Positions 1 through 9,234 of a stretch of DNA of 64,000 nucleotides are shown piece after piece. Each line of letters begins with the position of its first letter. Within the stretch, counting starts at the first letter, position 1. The DNA is from a virus. Its lineage: Duplodnaviria; Heunggongvirae; Uroviricota; Caudoviricetes. The stretch is from positions 1 to 64,000 of IMG/VR virus record IMGVR_UViG_3300042009_000026; one strand, given 5' to 3'. The notes under the pieces are model-generated. The model was not told where the DNA came from and did not search any database. It worked only from the letters and a program-made list of their open reading frames with translations. Position numbers and translations under genes: made by a program.

Positions 1-138
1 GAGAAGTTTCTGTGTCCTTGCTGTGATCAACGCATGTGTAACAAGAAGACTAATGGTTACAGAATACCCATTATAAAACAGTTCCAACTGGATTATGATG
101 TATTAACTGCCCAGATAGCTTCTGTACAATCCGAATAA
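1..138 (+). CDS. 3' end of an upstream ORF (C-terminal fragment, CxxC-containing) ending TAA at 136-138
   Basis: Open frame from window edge: EKFLCPCCDQRMCNKK...SVQSE*; followed by hairpin terminator. Confidence 0.35.
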   Translation, partial: EKFLCPCCDQRMCNKKTNGYRIPIIKQFQLDYDVLTAQIASVQSE

Positions 139-144
139 GCATAA

Positions 145-179
145 GCTCTCCCTTCGGGGAGAGCACTATGTCTTTTTTT
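145..179 (+). terminator. Intrinsic terminator: GCTCTCCC-TTCG-GGGAGAGC hairpin followed by TTTTTTT
   Basis: Perfect 8-bp GC stem, UUCG tetraloop, downstream T-run seen directly. Confidence 0.8.
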
Positions 180-190
180 GTCTACTCCAC

Positions 191-220
191 AAAATCTCAA
201 ATCTATATTACTGTAGTGAA
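191..220 (+). promoter_or_regulatory. Promoter-like motif A (AAAATCTCAAATCTATATTACTGTAGTGAA), copy 1 of 4 long copies
   Basis: Near-identical ~30-nt sequence recurs at 5997, 25205, 50372, always between a terminator and the first gene of a plus-strand gene run. Confidence 0.55.
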
Positions 221-244
221 CCTCCACCTCAAAAGGATTCCCTG

Positions 245-1159
245 ATGTTCGAAGCAATTCACCGTTGGTTGTCTAAACGTCGTCTAGATAAAATTTATAC
301 TGATGAACGCTTTATCGATGAGATCCCATCGATCAATATTGGTTGGGAAGGAAGGGCTTACTTTGATCTATCTCAGGATGGGGAACGTACCGCATTCATT
401 ATGCCGTCGATGCAGTTCGTAGCACCAGACAGCATTCACGTTAATCCGGACAGTGTTGGATGGACAGAACGAAGCAAACCTTACAACACGTACCATCTCG
501 AAGCAGCTGAGAAAATAGCTAACTTCTTGAAGCTACGTAAAGCTCAATTGTGGTATGGCGTTCCTTTCTGCCGCGTAGATAGCGTAACGTATTATCTGAA
601 CTCCGATAGTATCCGTCCAAACTACGTTGTTCTTTATACGAGTTGGACAAAAGAAGTTCGTGTACCGAAGGCTGCCTTCAGTAACTTACTACATGACAAA
701 ATGTTGAAGCCTGACATCTATACGATGCATCCAATTGATCTGTCGACTCGAAGGAAAGCAGATGACTGGAAACCAATCATTGAAATGTTGCCGGGTACAC
801 AAGGAGTCAATTCAGCTTACACCGCACTGACCGATGTACCAGGCTGTCCAGGAGTATTGGATTTCCTGTGTAATGATATCGTTATCAATATCAATTGTCT
901 GGATAACAGTGCTCTGCCGATTGTTGACCTGGAACATTTCATTGCTGCCATTCGTGATGGGTTCCCCCATGTCTCCAATCGCTGGACATTAAACATCGAG
1001 CAGATTCAACTACAGATCGGCATGAACCCTAAACCGATCCGTGTCATTGACCTGGCATCTGAACTGAAAGACCATCGTATCATCTTGTCGGAAACGCCGA
1101 TGATACAAGACTGTGAAGAATACAAGAATACTGGTAACCTCTCAACAACTTATCCTTAA
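245..1159 (+). CDS. hypothetical protein (304 aa)
   Basis: Long ORF downstream of motif A; no recognisable motif. Confidence 0.6.
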   Translation: MFEAIHRWLSKRRLDKIYTDERFIDEIPSINIGWEGRAYFDLSQDGERTAFIMPSMQFVAPDSIHVNPDSVGWTERSKPYNTYHLEAAEKIANFLKLRKAQLWYGVPFCRVDSVTYYLNSDSIRPNYVVLYTSWTKEVRVPKAAFSNLLHDKMLKPDIYTMHPIDLSTRRKADDWKPIIEMLPGTQGVNSAYTALTDVPGCPGVLDFLCNDIVININCLDNSALPIVDLEHFIAAIRDGFPHVSNRWTLNIEQIQLQIGMNPKPIRVIDLASELKDHRIILSETPMIQDCEEYKNTGNLSTTYP

Positions 1160-1191
1160 GGTGCCGATCTACTGATTCTAATCTTTTAAAC

Positions 1192-1216
1192 GGCTATATT
1201 ACAATCGTGATAAGCC
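1192..1216 (+). promoter_or_regulatory. Short promoter-like motif (GGCTATATTACAATCGTGATAAGCC), CTATATTAC core
   Basis: Shares CTATATTAC core with motif A; followed by GC/UUCG hairpin 1226-1243 without T-run. Confidence 0.4.
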
Positions 1217-1360
1217 TAAACCATAGGCCTCCCTTCGGGGAGGCATTATGTCCTTAGACTGAGGTACTAACCATGATGCATCCAGATGCAATTAATATCT
1301 GCAAGGCGCCTCTAATCTAAGGGGAGTCCTGCGAAATCTATCTTCCAGGAGGAACTCCCA

Positions 1361-1723
1361 ATGAAAGCAATGTATTTGACTCTTACCAACAACACTTTGA
1401 CTTTTGAAGACCTGTCTCCTATCGGACAGGAAGCAGAAGCACTCAAATTCACGTTGGTTGATCGTTTCACCCGTCAGCCAATAGATCGTCCTATGATCGT
1501 TGCTGCGACTGATACACGCCACGAAGGTGTTGTAGTGTCGTCTGTAGTAATGCATAGTGATGGCGAATCCACCTTCCAAGCTCTTTTCGACTGGTGGAAC
1601 AAATGTGAGATCCATGAGATCGAAATCGAATGGTACCACATCGATAGTGCTAAAGTGGATATCCGAGTAAAGGGTAATCCTAAGCACGTTGTAAACTATG
1701 CTCTTAAAGTAGAAAAAGCATAG
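1361..1723 (+). CDS. hypothetical protein (120 aa)
   Basis: ORF with GGAGGA RBS 8 nt upstream of ATG; antisense ORF 1292-1687 judged spurious. Confidence 0.5.
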   Translation: MKAMYLTLTNNTLTFEDLSPIGQEAEALKFTLVDRFTRQPIDRPMIVAATDTRHEGVVVSSVVMHSDGESTFQALFDWWNKCEIHEIEIEWYHIDSAKVDIRVKGNPKHVVNYALKVEKA

Positions 1724-1913
1724 TCTATCCTTTTGGATTGGACACCTCTGACCTTATGGGTTGGGGGTGTCCATCTATAGCTTTTCTTTTTTATACTCAG
1801 CTTCCTTCTAGTATAGGTGAATGACCATACTAAGAGCAAAGGAGGGGGCTTTTATTTTGTAACACTGGTTACGTTAGTAACATCCTTATTCCAACACCAA
1901 GAAGAGATCGTAA

Positions 1914-2258
1914 ATGTCCGCTTTCCGTATCGTAAAGATTCCAGTGATCTGCATGGGTGCAGAGACTCGTAAACTGTACGCCACATTGGAATCACCAATT
2001 AAAGTAGTTGGTTGCAGATTCCTGAACGTTGATGAGGAACACCTCAAAGAATACATTGCAGCAAACGAAGCACCAATCCCGAATGTTTATCAGCGTACCC
2101 TTTACAAAAAGGGACCTGAGACATCTGAGAAGATTGGTTGCTTGTTCGTTGACTTGCAAACTGGAGTTTATACTCTGAAGCTTAATGACCCGTTGGCACG
2201 TCCAGCTGGTGTTGATATTCACCTCACCATTCAAGAAACCCCTAAGGAAAGCCAATGA
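1914..2258 (+). CDS. hypothetical protein (114 aa)
   Basis: ORF in plus-strand coding run. Confidence 0.5.
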   Translation: MSAFRIVKIPVICMGAETRKLYATLESPIKVVGCRFLNVDEEHLKEYIAANEAPIPNVYQRTLYKKGPETSEKIGCLFVDLQTGVYTLKLNDPLARPAGVDIHLTIQETPKESQ

Positions 2259-2689
2259 CCGAAATGTCTATTCGCCGCATGCCTGTTGATGACAGTGCTG
2301 GTAGCCGTCAATGCATCGTGCAAGTTCCCATCAATAGTACGGAATGCTATCAGCTTCCTGATCTACTCCAGTTGAGCGACCCAGCGCAGATTCATTGGAT
2401 TACCCCAGTACAAGTGTCAGCACAGTACACTGGTATTCCATGCCCAGGCTTTACATTCGGTATTCGTCCTCATCGTGCCGAAGAAGGCAAAGGGCAATGG
2501 GTAGATATATTCTATCAGCTGAATAAAGTCGCAGTGATTTGTATTGGCGGACCACATGGCCGGATCGTAACCGGTAATGCTGTTGTAGGCGAAGAGGTAT
2601 CGGCTGAAGTAGCGAATGCAGTGGCACAGGCGACGGTGGCTTTCCTCGTGCAGTTCGAGGTCCCCCATGAAGACACGTTTGCTACTTGA
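2255..2689 (+). CDS. hypothetical protein (144 aa)
   Basis: ATGA overlap with upstream stop (translational coupling). Confidence 0.45.
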   Translation: MTEMSIRRMPVDDSAGSRQCIVQVPINSTECYQLPDLLQLSDPAQIHWITPVQVSAQYTGIPCPGFTFGIRPHRAEEGKGQWVDIFYQLNKVAVICIGGPHGRIVTGNAVVGEEVSAEVANAVAQATVAFLVQFEVPHEDTFAT

Positions 2690-3044
2690 CTATTCCAATC
2701 GCGGAGTAGTATCAGGCAGATCTAATAGTTTGGTACATCACGGATCTCCGGATCATCAGTTTACTGACGTGAATGTACTGTCGGTTACGCAAGGGCCACA
2801 GACATACGAATCTGAGTTGGGCTTCTATAAGGAGCCACAACTTGAGTTCCCCAATCGAGTAGTGTTTACTTTCTTTGATAAGATTCAGAATCAACTGATA
2901 GCTGAACTGGAGGTAGAACTCCAATTGAAAAGAATGCGTTGGATCAAATCCGTGACTATGTTTCGGATAACTCCTTTCCAAGTTGAACTAGAGCTTATAC
3001 AGAACCCTGCTGTTCCAAGCCATCTTTGGAGTATTGCAGTTTGA
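2667..3044 (+). CDS. hypothetical protein (start trimmed to internal ATG after GAGG RBS)
   Basis: ORF-track ORF 2616-3044 overlaps previous gene by 74 nt; ATG at 2667 preceded by GAGGTCCCCC gives plausible coupled start. Confidence 0.4.
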   Translation: MKTRLLLDYSNRGVVSGRSNSLVHHGSPDHQFTDVNVLSVTQGPQTYESELGFYKEPQLEFPNRVVFTFFDKIQNQLIAELEVELQLKRMRWIKSVTMFRITPFQVELELIQNPAVPSHLWSIAV

Positions 3045-3457
3045 TAGAAGTCACTGTAGCTTTATATAACGAACGGGAAGGTGATCTAGGGGATTGTGTT
3101 AGAGGCACTGAAGATAAGACCTTAGGTAAACCCTTTTGGATAACTCCAGGCCTAACCTTCGAAACAGATGGACAACCGATCCATGCCTTTAAGACTGTCC
3201 CCACGCTACACTCTTACGAGGGTGTAAAGACATTCCAGATCTGGGACAAGCGCAGTCAGTCCAAGCGAAAGCTTGTGGCAACGATAACGATTAACACCGA
3301 AACTAATCGCTACCACGTGGCATTAGAGGATTACTATCAACGTCGTCGGTTGAATACGACTTTCCATGTTCATGGGAATTACGTTAGACCACCTGCACCT
3401 GTGGCATTCCATAACAAGACCCATCACGGTGATTGGGTTTTCGATAATACGATCTAA
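3026..3457 (+). CDS. hypothetical protein (143 aa)
   Basis: ORF in plus-strand coding run. Confidence 0.45.
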   Translation: MEYCSLIEVTVALYNEREGDLGDCVRGTEDKTLGKPFWITPGLTFETDGQPIHAFKTVPTLHSYEGVKTFQIWDKRSQSKRKLVATITINTETNRYHVALEDYYQRRRLNTTFHVHGNYVRPPAPVAFHNKTHHGDWVFDNTI

Positions 3458-3459
3458 CC

Positions 3460-3633
3460 ATGAAGACTAAAACTGAAATGATCCATGAACTGCAATCGCA
3501 GATGGAAACGCTTATCGAGGATAACCTGAAGTTGGTTAAACAGGTAAGCGGGTTAGTCAAGAAGCACGGTGAACTCATCGATCGTGTAGAAGCATTAGAA
3601 AAGAAGAAGGGTAAAGCATGCAGCATCCGGTAG
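3460..3633 (+). CDS. small coiled-coil protein (57 aa, below ORF-track cutoff)
   Basis: ATG 3460, heptad-like MKTKTEMIHELQSQMETLIEDNLKLVKQV...; fills gap between genes. Confidence 0.35.
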   Translation: MKTKTEMIHELQSQMETLIEDNLKLVKQVSGLVKKHGELIDRVEALEKKKGKACSIR

Positions 3634-4082
3634 TAGCTAAACAGGTATTCATTGACATGGGATTGCCCGTCGATGGTAAGACTTATTATCCAGAAGGCTC
3701 TCTCAATGCGACCTTAATAGAACAAGTGTTGAAACGTGAAGCTCGCTGGTTGACCTACAACAAAGCGGGTGTACTAGCAGGTTATAATGCCGAAGATGAT
3801 CTGATGCTGGGTACTCGTTTGGTACTGAACCATAATGGAAAAGTATTAGATTCGGATATTTTCTGGGTACCTTTCGCTGGTGACCAAGATACGGCACTTC
3901 ATCAGCTTTATACCGAAGGGCTAGAAGCTGTTACTAATAAGTCCACAGAAACACATGCTTACCTCATGCAATCCATGACTAAACGTGGTTGGACTCCCGC
4001 ATTCGATGACGCAGGTAATGTTGTAAGCCTGTGCCGTAATCATGTTGCTGATGTGACACAAATCAATCGCCGTAATATCTAA
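3618..4082 (+). CDS. hypothetical protein (154 aa)
   Basis: ORF; GGGTAAAGC upstream. Confidence 0.55.
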   Translation: MQHPVVAKQVFIDMGLPVDGKTYYPEGSLNATLIEQVLKREARWLTYNKAGVLAGYNAEDDLMLGTRLVLNHNGKVLDSDIFWVPFAGDQDTALHQLYTEGLEAVTNKSTETHAYLMQSMTKRGWTPAFDDAGNVVSLCRNHVADVTQINRRNI

Positions 4083-4090
4083 GGATAACT

Positions 4091-4537
4091 ATGTCAGCTG
4101 TTTTCTATTTGCTGGATAACAAACATCTCCCCGAACTGAAAGCCATGATGCGAAAGCATGGCGATAACGATCTCTGGATCTGGCGTGAAGGCGGTGGTGA
4201 TGAAGATGCCATGGATGCTTTGATTAATAAATCAGTCCCAACGGTAACAGACCAAGATCTTCATGTTGAGCAACTAGTTGTACCTGAAGGCATGTTCATT
4301 GTAGGAGTAGGTATCGCTTGGCATGAGGACGGAAAGATCATTAGTCGTAATAGTGATATGTTCCGCCGCCACACCAGTGAACATGATTCATTAACCAGTT
4401 TGCTTTGCTTACGACGCGATATAGCTGAAGCATTAGTTCCCAAAGTGAATCGGCCAAAGGGTACTCAACGGATTGGTTTTTCGTTAGATTCCTCCGATGG
4501 TTATTACGCGCTTCGAATAAATGGGCTTTATGAATAA
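4091..4537 (+). CDS. hypothetical protein (148 aa)
   Basis: ORF with AAGGATAACT RBS. Confidence 0.55.
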   Translation: MSAVFYLLDNKHLPELKAMMRKHGDNDLWIWREGGGDEDAMDALINKSVPTVTDQDLHVEQLVVPEGMFIVGVGIAWHEDGKIISRNSDMFRRHTSEHDSLTSLLCLRRDIAEALVPKVNRPKGTQRIGFSLDSSDGYYALRINGLYE

Positions 4538-4581
4538 ACACTTCGGTGTATTAATATTCTGACCCATCAACTAGAGGCAAC

Positions 4582-4953
4582 GTGATGCAATGTTTAACAC
4601 ACGTACTGAGGTCGTTGGTTCTTGTAACCGCATTAGCGGCTGCAACGAATACAATGGCAACAGAGGTGATGGCGGATGGCGCTTATTGTGACAGCTTGGC
4701 CACCATGGCTAAAGCTGGAGCAGAAGCTAAATCCCGAGGTGAGTCTAAGCAACAATGGCGCACCAATCTCCTCTCCCTAAAGGGATACGTTGTGAAGAAT
4801 AAAGATAACGTTCTTTACAGCATTCTTCCTAAAGCGGTATCGGAAGTAGATACAGTCTATAAGAATCGTGAGACTCCTATGGAAACGTATCAAACTTCCT
4901 ACGTCAGCTGCATGACGAATGATTACGGCACATCAGTCGTACTCAATTATTGA
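4582..4953 (+). CDS. secreted/periplasmic small protein (N-terminal signal peptide)
   Basis: MMQCLTHVLRSLVLVTALAAATNTMA hydrophobic leader. Confidence 0.5.
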   Translation: MMQCLTHVLRSLVLVTALAAATNTMATEVMADGAYCDSLATMAKAGAEAKSRGESKQQWRTNLLSLKGYVVKNKDNVLYSILPKAVSEVDTVYKNRETPMETYQTSYVSCMTNDYGTSVVLNY

Positions 4954-4963
4954 CAAAACATAT

Positions 4964-4990
4964 AGTCTCCCTTCCGGGAGGCTTTTATGC
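4964..4990 (+). terminator. Hairpin (GTCTCCC-TTCC-GGGAGGC) + TTTTATG
   Basis: GC stem-loop then U-rich tract. Confidence 0.55.
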
Positions 4991-5008
4991 CCACTAATAA
5001 GGATTTAT

Positions 5009-5575
5009 ATGAATGGAGCATACATCTTAACTGATAGAAAAAGCGGTGTCTTTTACATCGGTAGTTCTAATGATTTCTTTACCCGCCTGAGTCGACACAT
5101 GGGAGAATTGGCTGAAGGAATACATCACGCAACCTTACTGCAAGAAGCATTCAATGCAGGTGCACAGATATCGCATTCCTTTCAGGGCGTCCCGACAAGA
5201 GAGGATGCTTATAAGTTAGAACGCATGTTAATTGAACAGCATGCTGGTAACAAACTACTGGCGAATAAAACGTATAATGGTTATTCACCTGTTATTACCG
5301 AAGAAACAAAGAGAAAGCTTTCTATCTTAAACAAAGGTAAGAAACATACTCCTGAAGTTGTTGCTAAAATGACAGAGTTTCAAAGGGGCCGAGTTAGGAC
5401 ACCAGAACAGATTGCACAACTGGTAAATAGTATTCCACGAACACCAGTATCAATTAATGGCGTGAAGTTTGATAGTGCTACTGATGCATCACGACATTTT
5501 AACATCGGTCTTTCAACAGTAAGGCAACGTGTACACAGTAAAAGTGAACAGTTTAAGGACTGGATACTTCTGTAA
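5009..5575 (+). mobile_element. GIY-YIG homing endonuclease with NUMOD3-like repeats (free-standing HEG)
   Basis: GVFYIGSSNDFFTRLSRH (GIY-YIG), later NKGKKHTPEVVAKM / RGRVRTPEQIAQ NUMOD3-like motifs; ATG 5009 with AAGGA RBS chosen over ORF-track start 4919. Confidence 0.75.
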
Positions 5576-5594
5576 CATTAGCATATTGATATTC

Positions 5595-5614
5595 GGCCTT
5601 CCTTCGGGAAGGCC
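5595..5614 (+). promoter_or_regulatory. GC stem/UUCG hairpin (GGCCTTCC-TTCG-GGAAGGCC) followed by TTATGTCC, no T-run
   Basis: Member of conserved hairpin+YUUAUGY family. Confidence 0.5.
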
Positions 5615-5648
5615 TTATGTCCCAATTGATCAAAAAGGAAAAGTAATA

Positions 5649-5786
5649 ATGGGTGGTCCGCTAATCACGTTGGGTGTTTTTGCACTCTTGTTTGGCCACA
5701 GTAAAAAACATGGTTGGGATAGAGACTGCCTTATTGGTGGTGTAGTGGCGATTGTAGCTGGTGTAGTTATCAATCTGATTAACTAG
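5649..5786 (+). CDS. small membrane protein (45 aa)
   Basis: ATG after GGAAAAGTAATA; hydrophobic GGPLITLGVFALLFG... Confidence 0.4.
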   Translation: MGGPLITLGVFALLFGHSKKHGWDRDCLIGGVVAIVAGVVINLIN

Positions 5787-5795
5787 GAGGTTTCT

Positions 5796-5993
5796 ATGGA
5801 ACTAGTCGTTGCAGTAATGATTATCCTGATGGTACTCAGTCTTGCTGGTCTTGCCATAATTGGCGTCTGCTTGCTTTGGTGGGGAGAGAAAATGCCAGTT
5901 AAGAAGATAAACCAATTCCTATGGTTGATAGGTGGACTGTTTATCTTCGCCCTCGCTAATATGGCAGGGGTCGTTTGGGTTATGCAACACTAA
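5796..5993 (+). CDS. small membrane protein (65 aa, two hydrophobic helices)
   Basis: TAGGAGGT RBS; MELVVAVMIILMVLSLAGLAIIGVCLLWW. Confidence 0.5.
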   Translation: MELVVAVMIILMVLSLAGLAIIGVCLLWWGEKMPVKKINQFLWLIGGLFIFALANMAGVVWVMQH

Positions 5994-5996
5994 CAC

Positions 5997-6028
5997 AAAA
6001 AATCTGAAATCTATATTACTGTAGTGAA
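5997..6028 (+). promoter_or_regulatory. Promoter-like motif A copy 2
   Basis: AAAAATCTGAAATCTATATTACTGTAGTGAA upstream of 4-gene AAA operon. Confidence 0.55.
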
Positions 6029-6054
6029 TATTAATAGACCATTAGGGGTTTCAA

Positions 6055-6795
6055 ATGCAAATCGAACAACGCGATACCAACATGACCCGCACTATGATGA
6101 ACGCTTTCTTCAGTTGGTTCGCGGCAAATGATCTTGGCCGTATTCACGTTATCGTGGACGGCACTCTTTTTGATAGCAAAGCTTTCGTAGACGACATGAA
6201 TGGTCTATACCAGATTCGTCTGTCAATCGGTGCTTCTGCTGTCCGTGGTTTCGGTTATCATGACCACGGCTTCTCATATGGCTGCATGCGTCAAGGCGTT
6301 CATATCGACATGGACATCCCCTATGAAGCTGTTCTAGGGTTTGTTATTCCTACCGGTGAGAACACCGAAGTCATTTTTGAGGTTCCTAATCTGGAACGTC
6401 ACATGCTGAAGCTCGAACAACAGAAAGGTCTGTTGCCTCAACTGGGTAACTTCGCATTCGTAGATCATGAAGGCAAAGCACTGCCTGAAGAAATGATCCA
6501 TGAGATCATGCGTCAACTAGTTCCGGCTAATGTAGCCAAAGCAATCGAACCAGCTCCTTATGCTGTTCATGGTATCGAACCAGAGACCCATGACGACGAA
6601 GGTAATCAACTACCGACCATCACTGGCCTGATGACCCGTAAGCCTCTGGCGCAACGTCCTGCGAAGCCACAGCCTAAAGATGAACCAACTCCACTACTGA
6701 ACTTTGGTAATGTAAGTGGCACTGCCCTGCCAGCATCTAAAGTCAAACGTACTATGCCTGAAAGCTGGTCCGTAATCCAAGGAGGTAAAGCATGA
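6055..6795 (+). CDS. hypothetical protein (246 aa), first gene of AAA-ATPase operon
   Basis: ORF; stop overlaps next start. Confidence 0.6.
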   Translation: MQIEQRDTNMTRTMMNAFFSWFAANDLGRIHVIVDGTLFDSKAFVDDMNGLYQIRLSIGASAVRGFGYHDHGFSYGCMRQGVHIDMDIPYEAVLGFVIPTGENTEVIFEVPNLERHMLKLEQQKGLLPQLGNFAFVDHEGKALPEEMIHEIMRQLVPANVAKAIEPAPYAVHGIEPETHDDEGNQLPTITGLMTRKPLAQRPAKPQPKDEPTPLLNFGNVSGTALPASKVKRTMPESWSVIQGGKA

Positions 6796-7505
6796 ACCCG
6801 TGTGATCTGAAAGCACATATCACGTGCCGCCGCAAATCTCCCCGCTTGGCCGAGATCTTCAAAAAGATGGATGGCAATTCCCATTTCCAGCAATTCGATA
6901 TGTATGAACTGAACGATCTGTTGTTCAAAGAACTTGCCTGGATGCCTTCGTCTCTTTCGATGGATTCTGAAGAACTGTATCAAGTCAACATCCGTACTGT
7001 CCCAATGGTTCGTTTGGAGAATGGTAACCTGCGTGTGTTGTCAATGGATACCGCCGACTATTGGCCTAACCTGAATGACATCACGAATGAACACGGTGTG
7101 TTGACCTCGATGGTTGAAGCAGCGATGATCCGACATGTAATGAGCTGGGGTCTTCGTATTAAAGAACCAGAACTGCGCATGCCTGTGCATTTCACCTTTG
7201 ACCAATTGCGTCAGAACTTTGATGCTGTGGTTGTAGGGGCTGGATTACATTCCTTGGTGGATAACGATCGTCGTGTTCCGCGTACCACGAATCACCTTAC
7301 GATTACCGTGGTTCTTATGATTACACCATCACTGATGTATCAAGTCCGTGATCAGGCTAAAGCACAAATTTTCCTTACCGACAATAGTCTTGGACAACAT
7401 CAGAACTTTGACGAAGTCGTAGACAATGGTAATGAAAGCTTTTTCAACTTCTTGCGTGAACAGAGTTTCGATGGCACAGTAATGTTAATGCCAGGTCTGG
7501 AGTAA
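6792..7505 (+). CDS. hypothetical protein (237 aa)
   Basis: ATGA-coupled ORF. Confidence 0.6.
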   Translation: MNPCDLKAHITCRRKSPRLAEIFKKMDGNSHFQQFDMYELNDLLFKELAWMPSSLSMDSEELYQVNIRTVPMVRLENGNLRVLSMDTADYWPNLNDITNEHGVLTSMVEAAMIRHVMSWGLRIKEPELRMPVHFTFDQLRQNFDAVVVGAGLHSLVDNDRRVPRTTNHLTITVVLMITPSLMYQVRDQAKAQIFLTDNSLGQHQNFDEVVDNGNESFFNFLREQSFDGTVMLMPGLE

Positions 7506-7508
7506 CAG

Positions 7509-8891
7509 ATGCTTATCCAAGAGATACTTAGTCTTTACCACACCACGTTGGAAATGCTTAGTTCCGGGGACTCTACTGTCAAGGGCTTCATGACGTTGGG
7601 TCTTATGGGTGTCTTGGGTTATTTGGGGCGCACCATACCCCAAACAATCTGGGCGTTCATCAAACGCAATACAATCTCATCGATGACGTTTACTCGTGCT
7701 GGTTCATATTCCATGGACATGCAGAACTACGTAGAATTCATGCGTTGGTTCTCGCAATCTAAATGGGCCAAATACGATCGTAACCGTCGTGTTACATTTG
7801 ATCGAGATAACCCAGCCTTCGGACCAGGTACCGGTTTCCATTGGTTTATTTGGAAAGGTCGTTACTTCTGGTTTAATGTAGTACGTTTGAATTCTTCCGG
7901 TACCGATATCGAGAAAGAAGAATTCACGCTGTATACATTCGGTCGTACTACTGCTCCATTCGAAGAGCTGGTGGAAGAGTTCCGTATTAAGCCGTGCAAG
8001 AAGTCGATCCGTATCTTTGCTCCGTCTAATGACGGTTGGAACTATCAGGGTCGGTTACGCCTGGATGCCGATGAAACATTGATCATTGACCCACAAGTAG
8101 AGAAAGAGTTCTTTGGCTCTATTGACTGGTATCTGGCGAATGAACCCTGGTACCGTAAACGTGGGTTGGCTTATAAGCACACCATCGTATTGCATGGCCC
8201 ACCTGGTACCGGCAAGACGTCATTGCTTAAACGGGCTGCACGTAAGTACAAGCGGGATATCCATTTCTTGAACTTGGCTACTCATGGGCGACAGCTAGTT
8301 GATCTGATGGGTAAGCTTTCTCCAGGTGATATTCTGGTCATTGAAGACTTCGATGATGTTAAGTCATTGCATCGACGCACTGGTCCGAAGAAAATGGAAG
8401 TGGGTGAACTGGACATCGGCGACAAGAAACCAGAAGCATTGTTGATGGACTGTGAGATCCAACTCAGTACGTTCCTCAATGTGTTGCAAGGTGTGGTAGA
8501 ACTGGATGACATCATTATTGTCCTGACTACTAACCATCTGGAACTGATCGACCCAGCAGTTTACCGTCCATCCCGTGTGAACAAGTTGATCGAAGTACTG
8601 CCCCTGAAAGATCCGGAAATCAAGCGTTATATCGACACGATGTATGATAATCCTACTTACGATCGTAATGTAATGTATCCAGATATACCAGCTTCTACAT
8701 TGGCCGGTATCTTCATGGAGTATCCAAGCGATCATCTGGCTTTCATTAATAAGCTAAATACGTTGGATGACAAATACGTCGCGGAGAACTACGCTCTACA
8801 GCCAGAGCCCCCGCGCCCTCCTATAAACAAGTCAGGCAAAGATGCCGCCCCAGCAGGGGAACGGGTCCTGGAACCACTAGAGGCAGCGTAA
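7509..8891 (+). CDS. AAA+ ATPase (BCS1-like architecture: N-terminal domain + single AAA module)
   Basis: Walker A GPPGTGKTS, Walker B ILVIEDFDD, sensor region TTNHLELIDPAVYRPSR. Confidence 0.8.
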   Translation: MLIQEILSLYHTTLEMLSSGDSTVKGFMTLGLMGVLGYLGRTIPQTIWAFIKRNTISSMTFTRAGSYSMDMQNYVEFMRWFSQSKWAKYDRNRRVTFDRDNPAFGPGTGFHWFIWKGRYFWFNVVRLNSSGTDIEKEEFTLYTFGRTTAPFEELVEEFRIKPCKKSIRIFAPSNDGWNYQGRLRLDADETLIIDPQVEKEFFGSIDWYLANEPWYRKRGLAYKHTIVLHGPPGTGKTSLLKRAARKYKRDIHFLNLATHGRQLVDLMGKLSPGDILVIEDFDDVKSLHRRTGPKKMEVGELDIGDKKPEALLMDCEIQLSTFLNVLQGVVELDDIIIVLTTNHLELIDPAVYRPSRVNKLIEVLPLKDPEIKRYIDTMYDNPTYDRNVMYPDIPASTLAGIFMEYPSDHLAFINKLNTLDDKYVAENYALQPEPPRPPINKSGKDAAPAGERVLEPLEAA

Positions 8892-8892
8892 C

Positions 8893-9234
8893 ATGGAAAC
8901 TTTTGCACGTCACGATTTCAATGTTTATCCCGAAGAAATGACCTACCACAAAGATCGCTTCTTGCAAAAGGAAGCTGGTTGTGCGGTAGTTACATTTGTT
9001 GGAGCTTTTCATGGCGATACCATTCTGACAAATGAAATCGAAGTAATTTCTCGTGGCGTTGAGCCAGGTAAGATTGCTCGATTCATGGTACGTTGTGGTG
9101 ATCAGGTAACCCATCTGGACATGGATCTAGTTACTTGCCGGTATGAAGCCGAGAGTAACATCAAAACAAAACTGGGTGACGTCGTATTGGTGTTCACCGC
9201 GCATTACACAAACGAAGAAAAGGAAGCTGCATGA
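8893..9234 (+). CDS. hypothetical protein (113 aa)
   Basis: ORF coupled to flanking genes. Confidence 0.55.
   Translation: METFARHDFNVYPEEMTYHKDRFLQKEAGCAVVTFVGAFHGDTILTNEIEVISRGVEPGKIARFMVRCGDQVTHLDMDLVTCRYEAESNIKTKLGDVVLVFTAHYTNEEKEAA

Noticed and set aside
1292-1687. 131-aa minus ORF opposite 1361-1723
   Set aside because: Plus ORF has a strong GGAGGA RBS and fits strand bias
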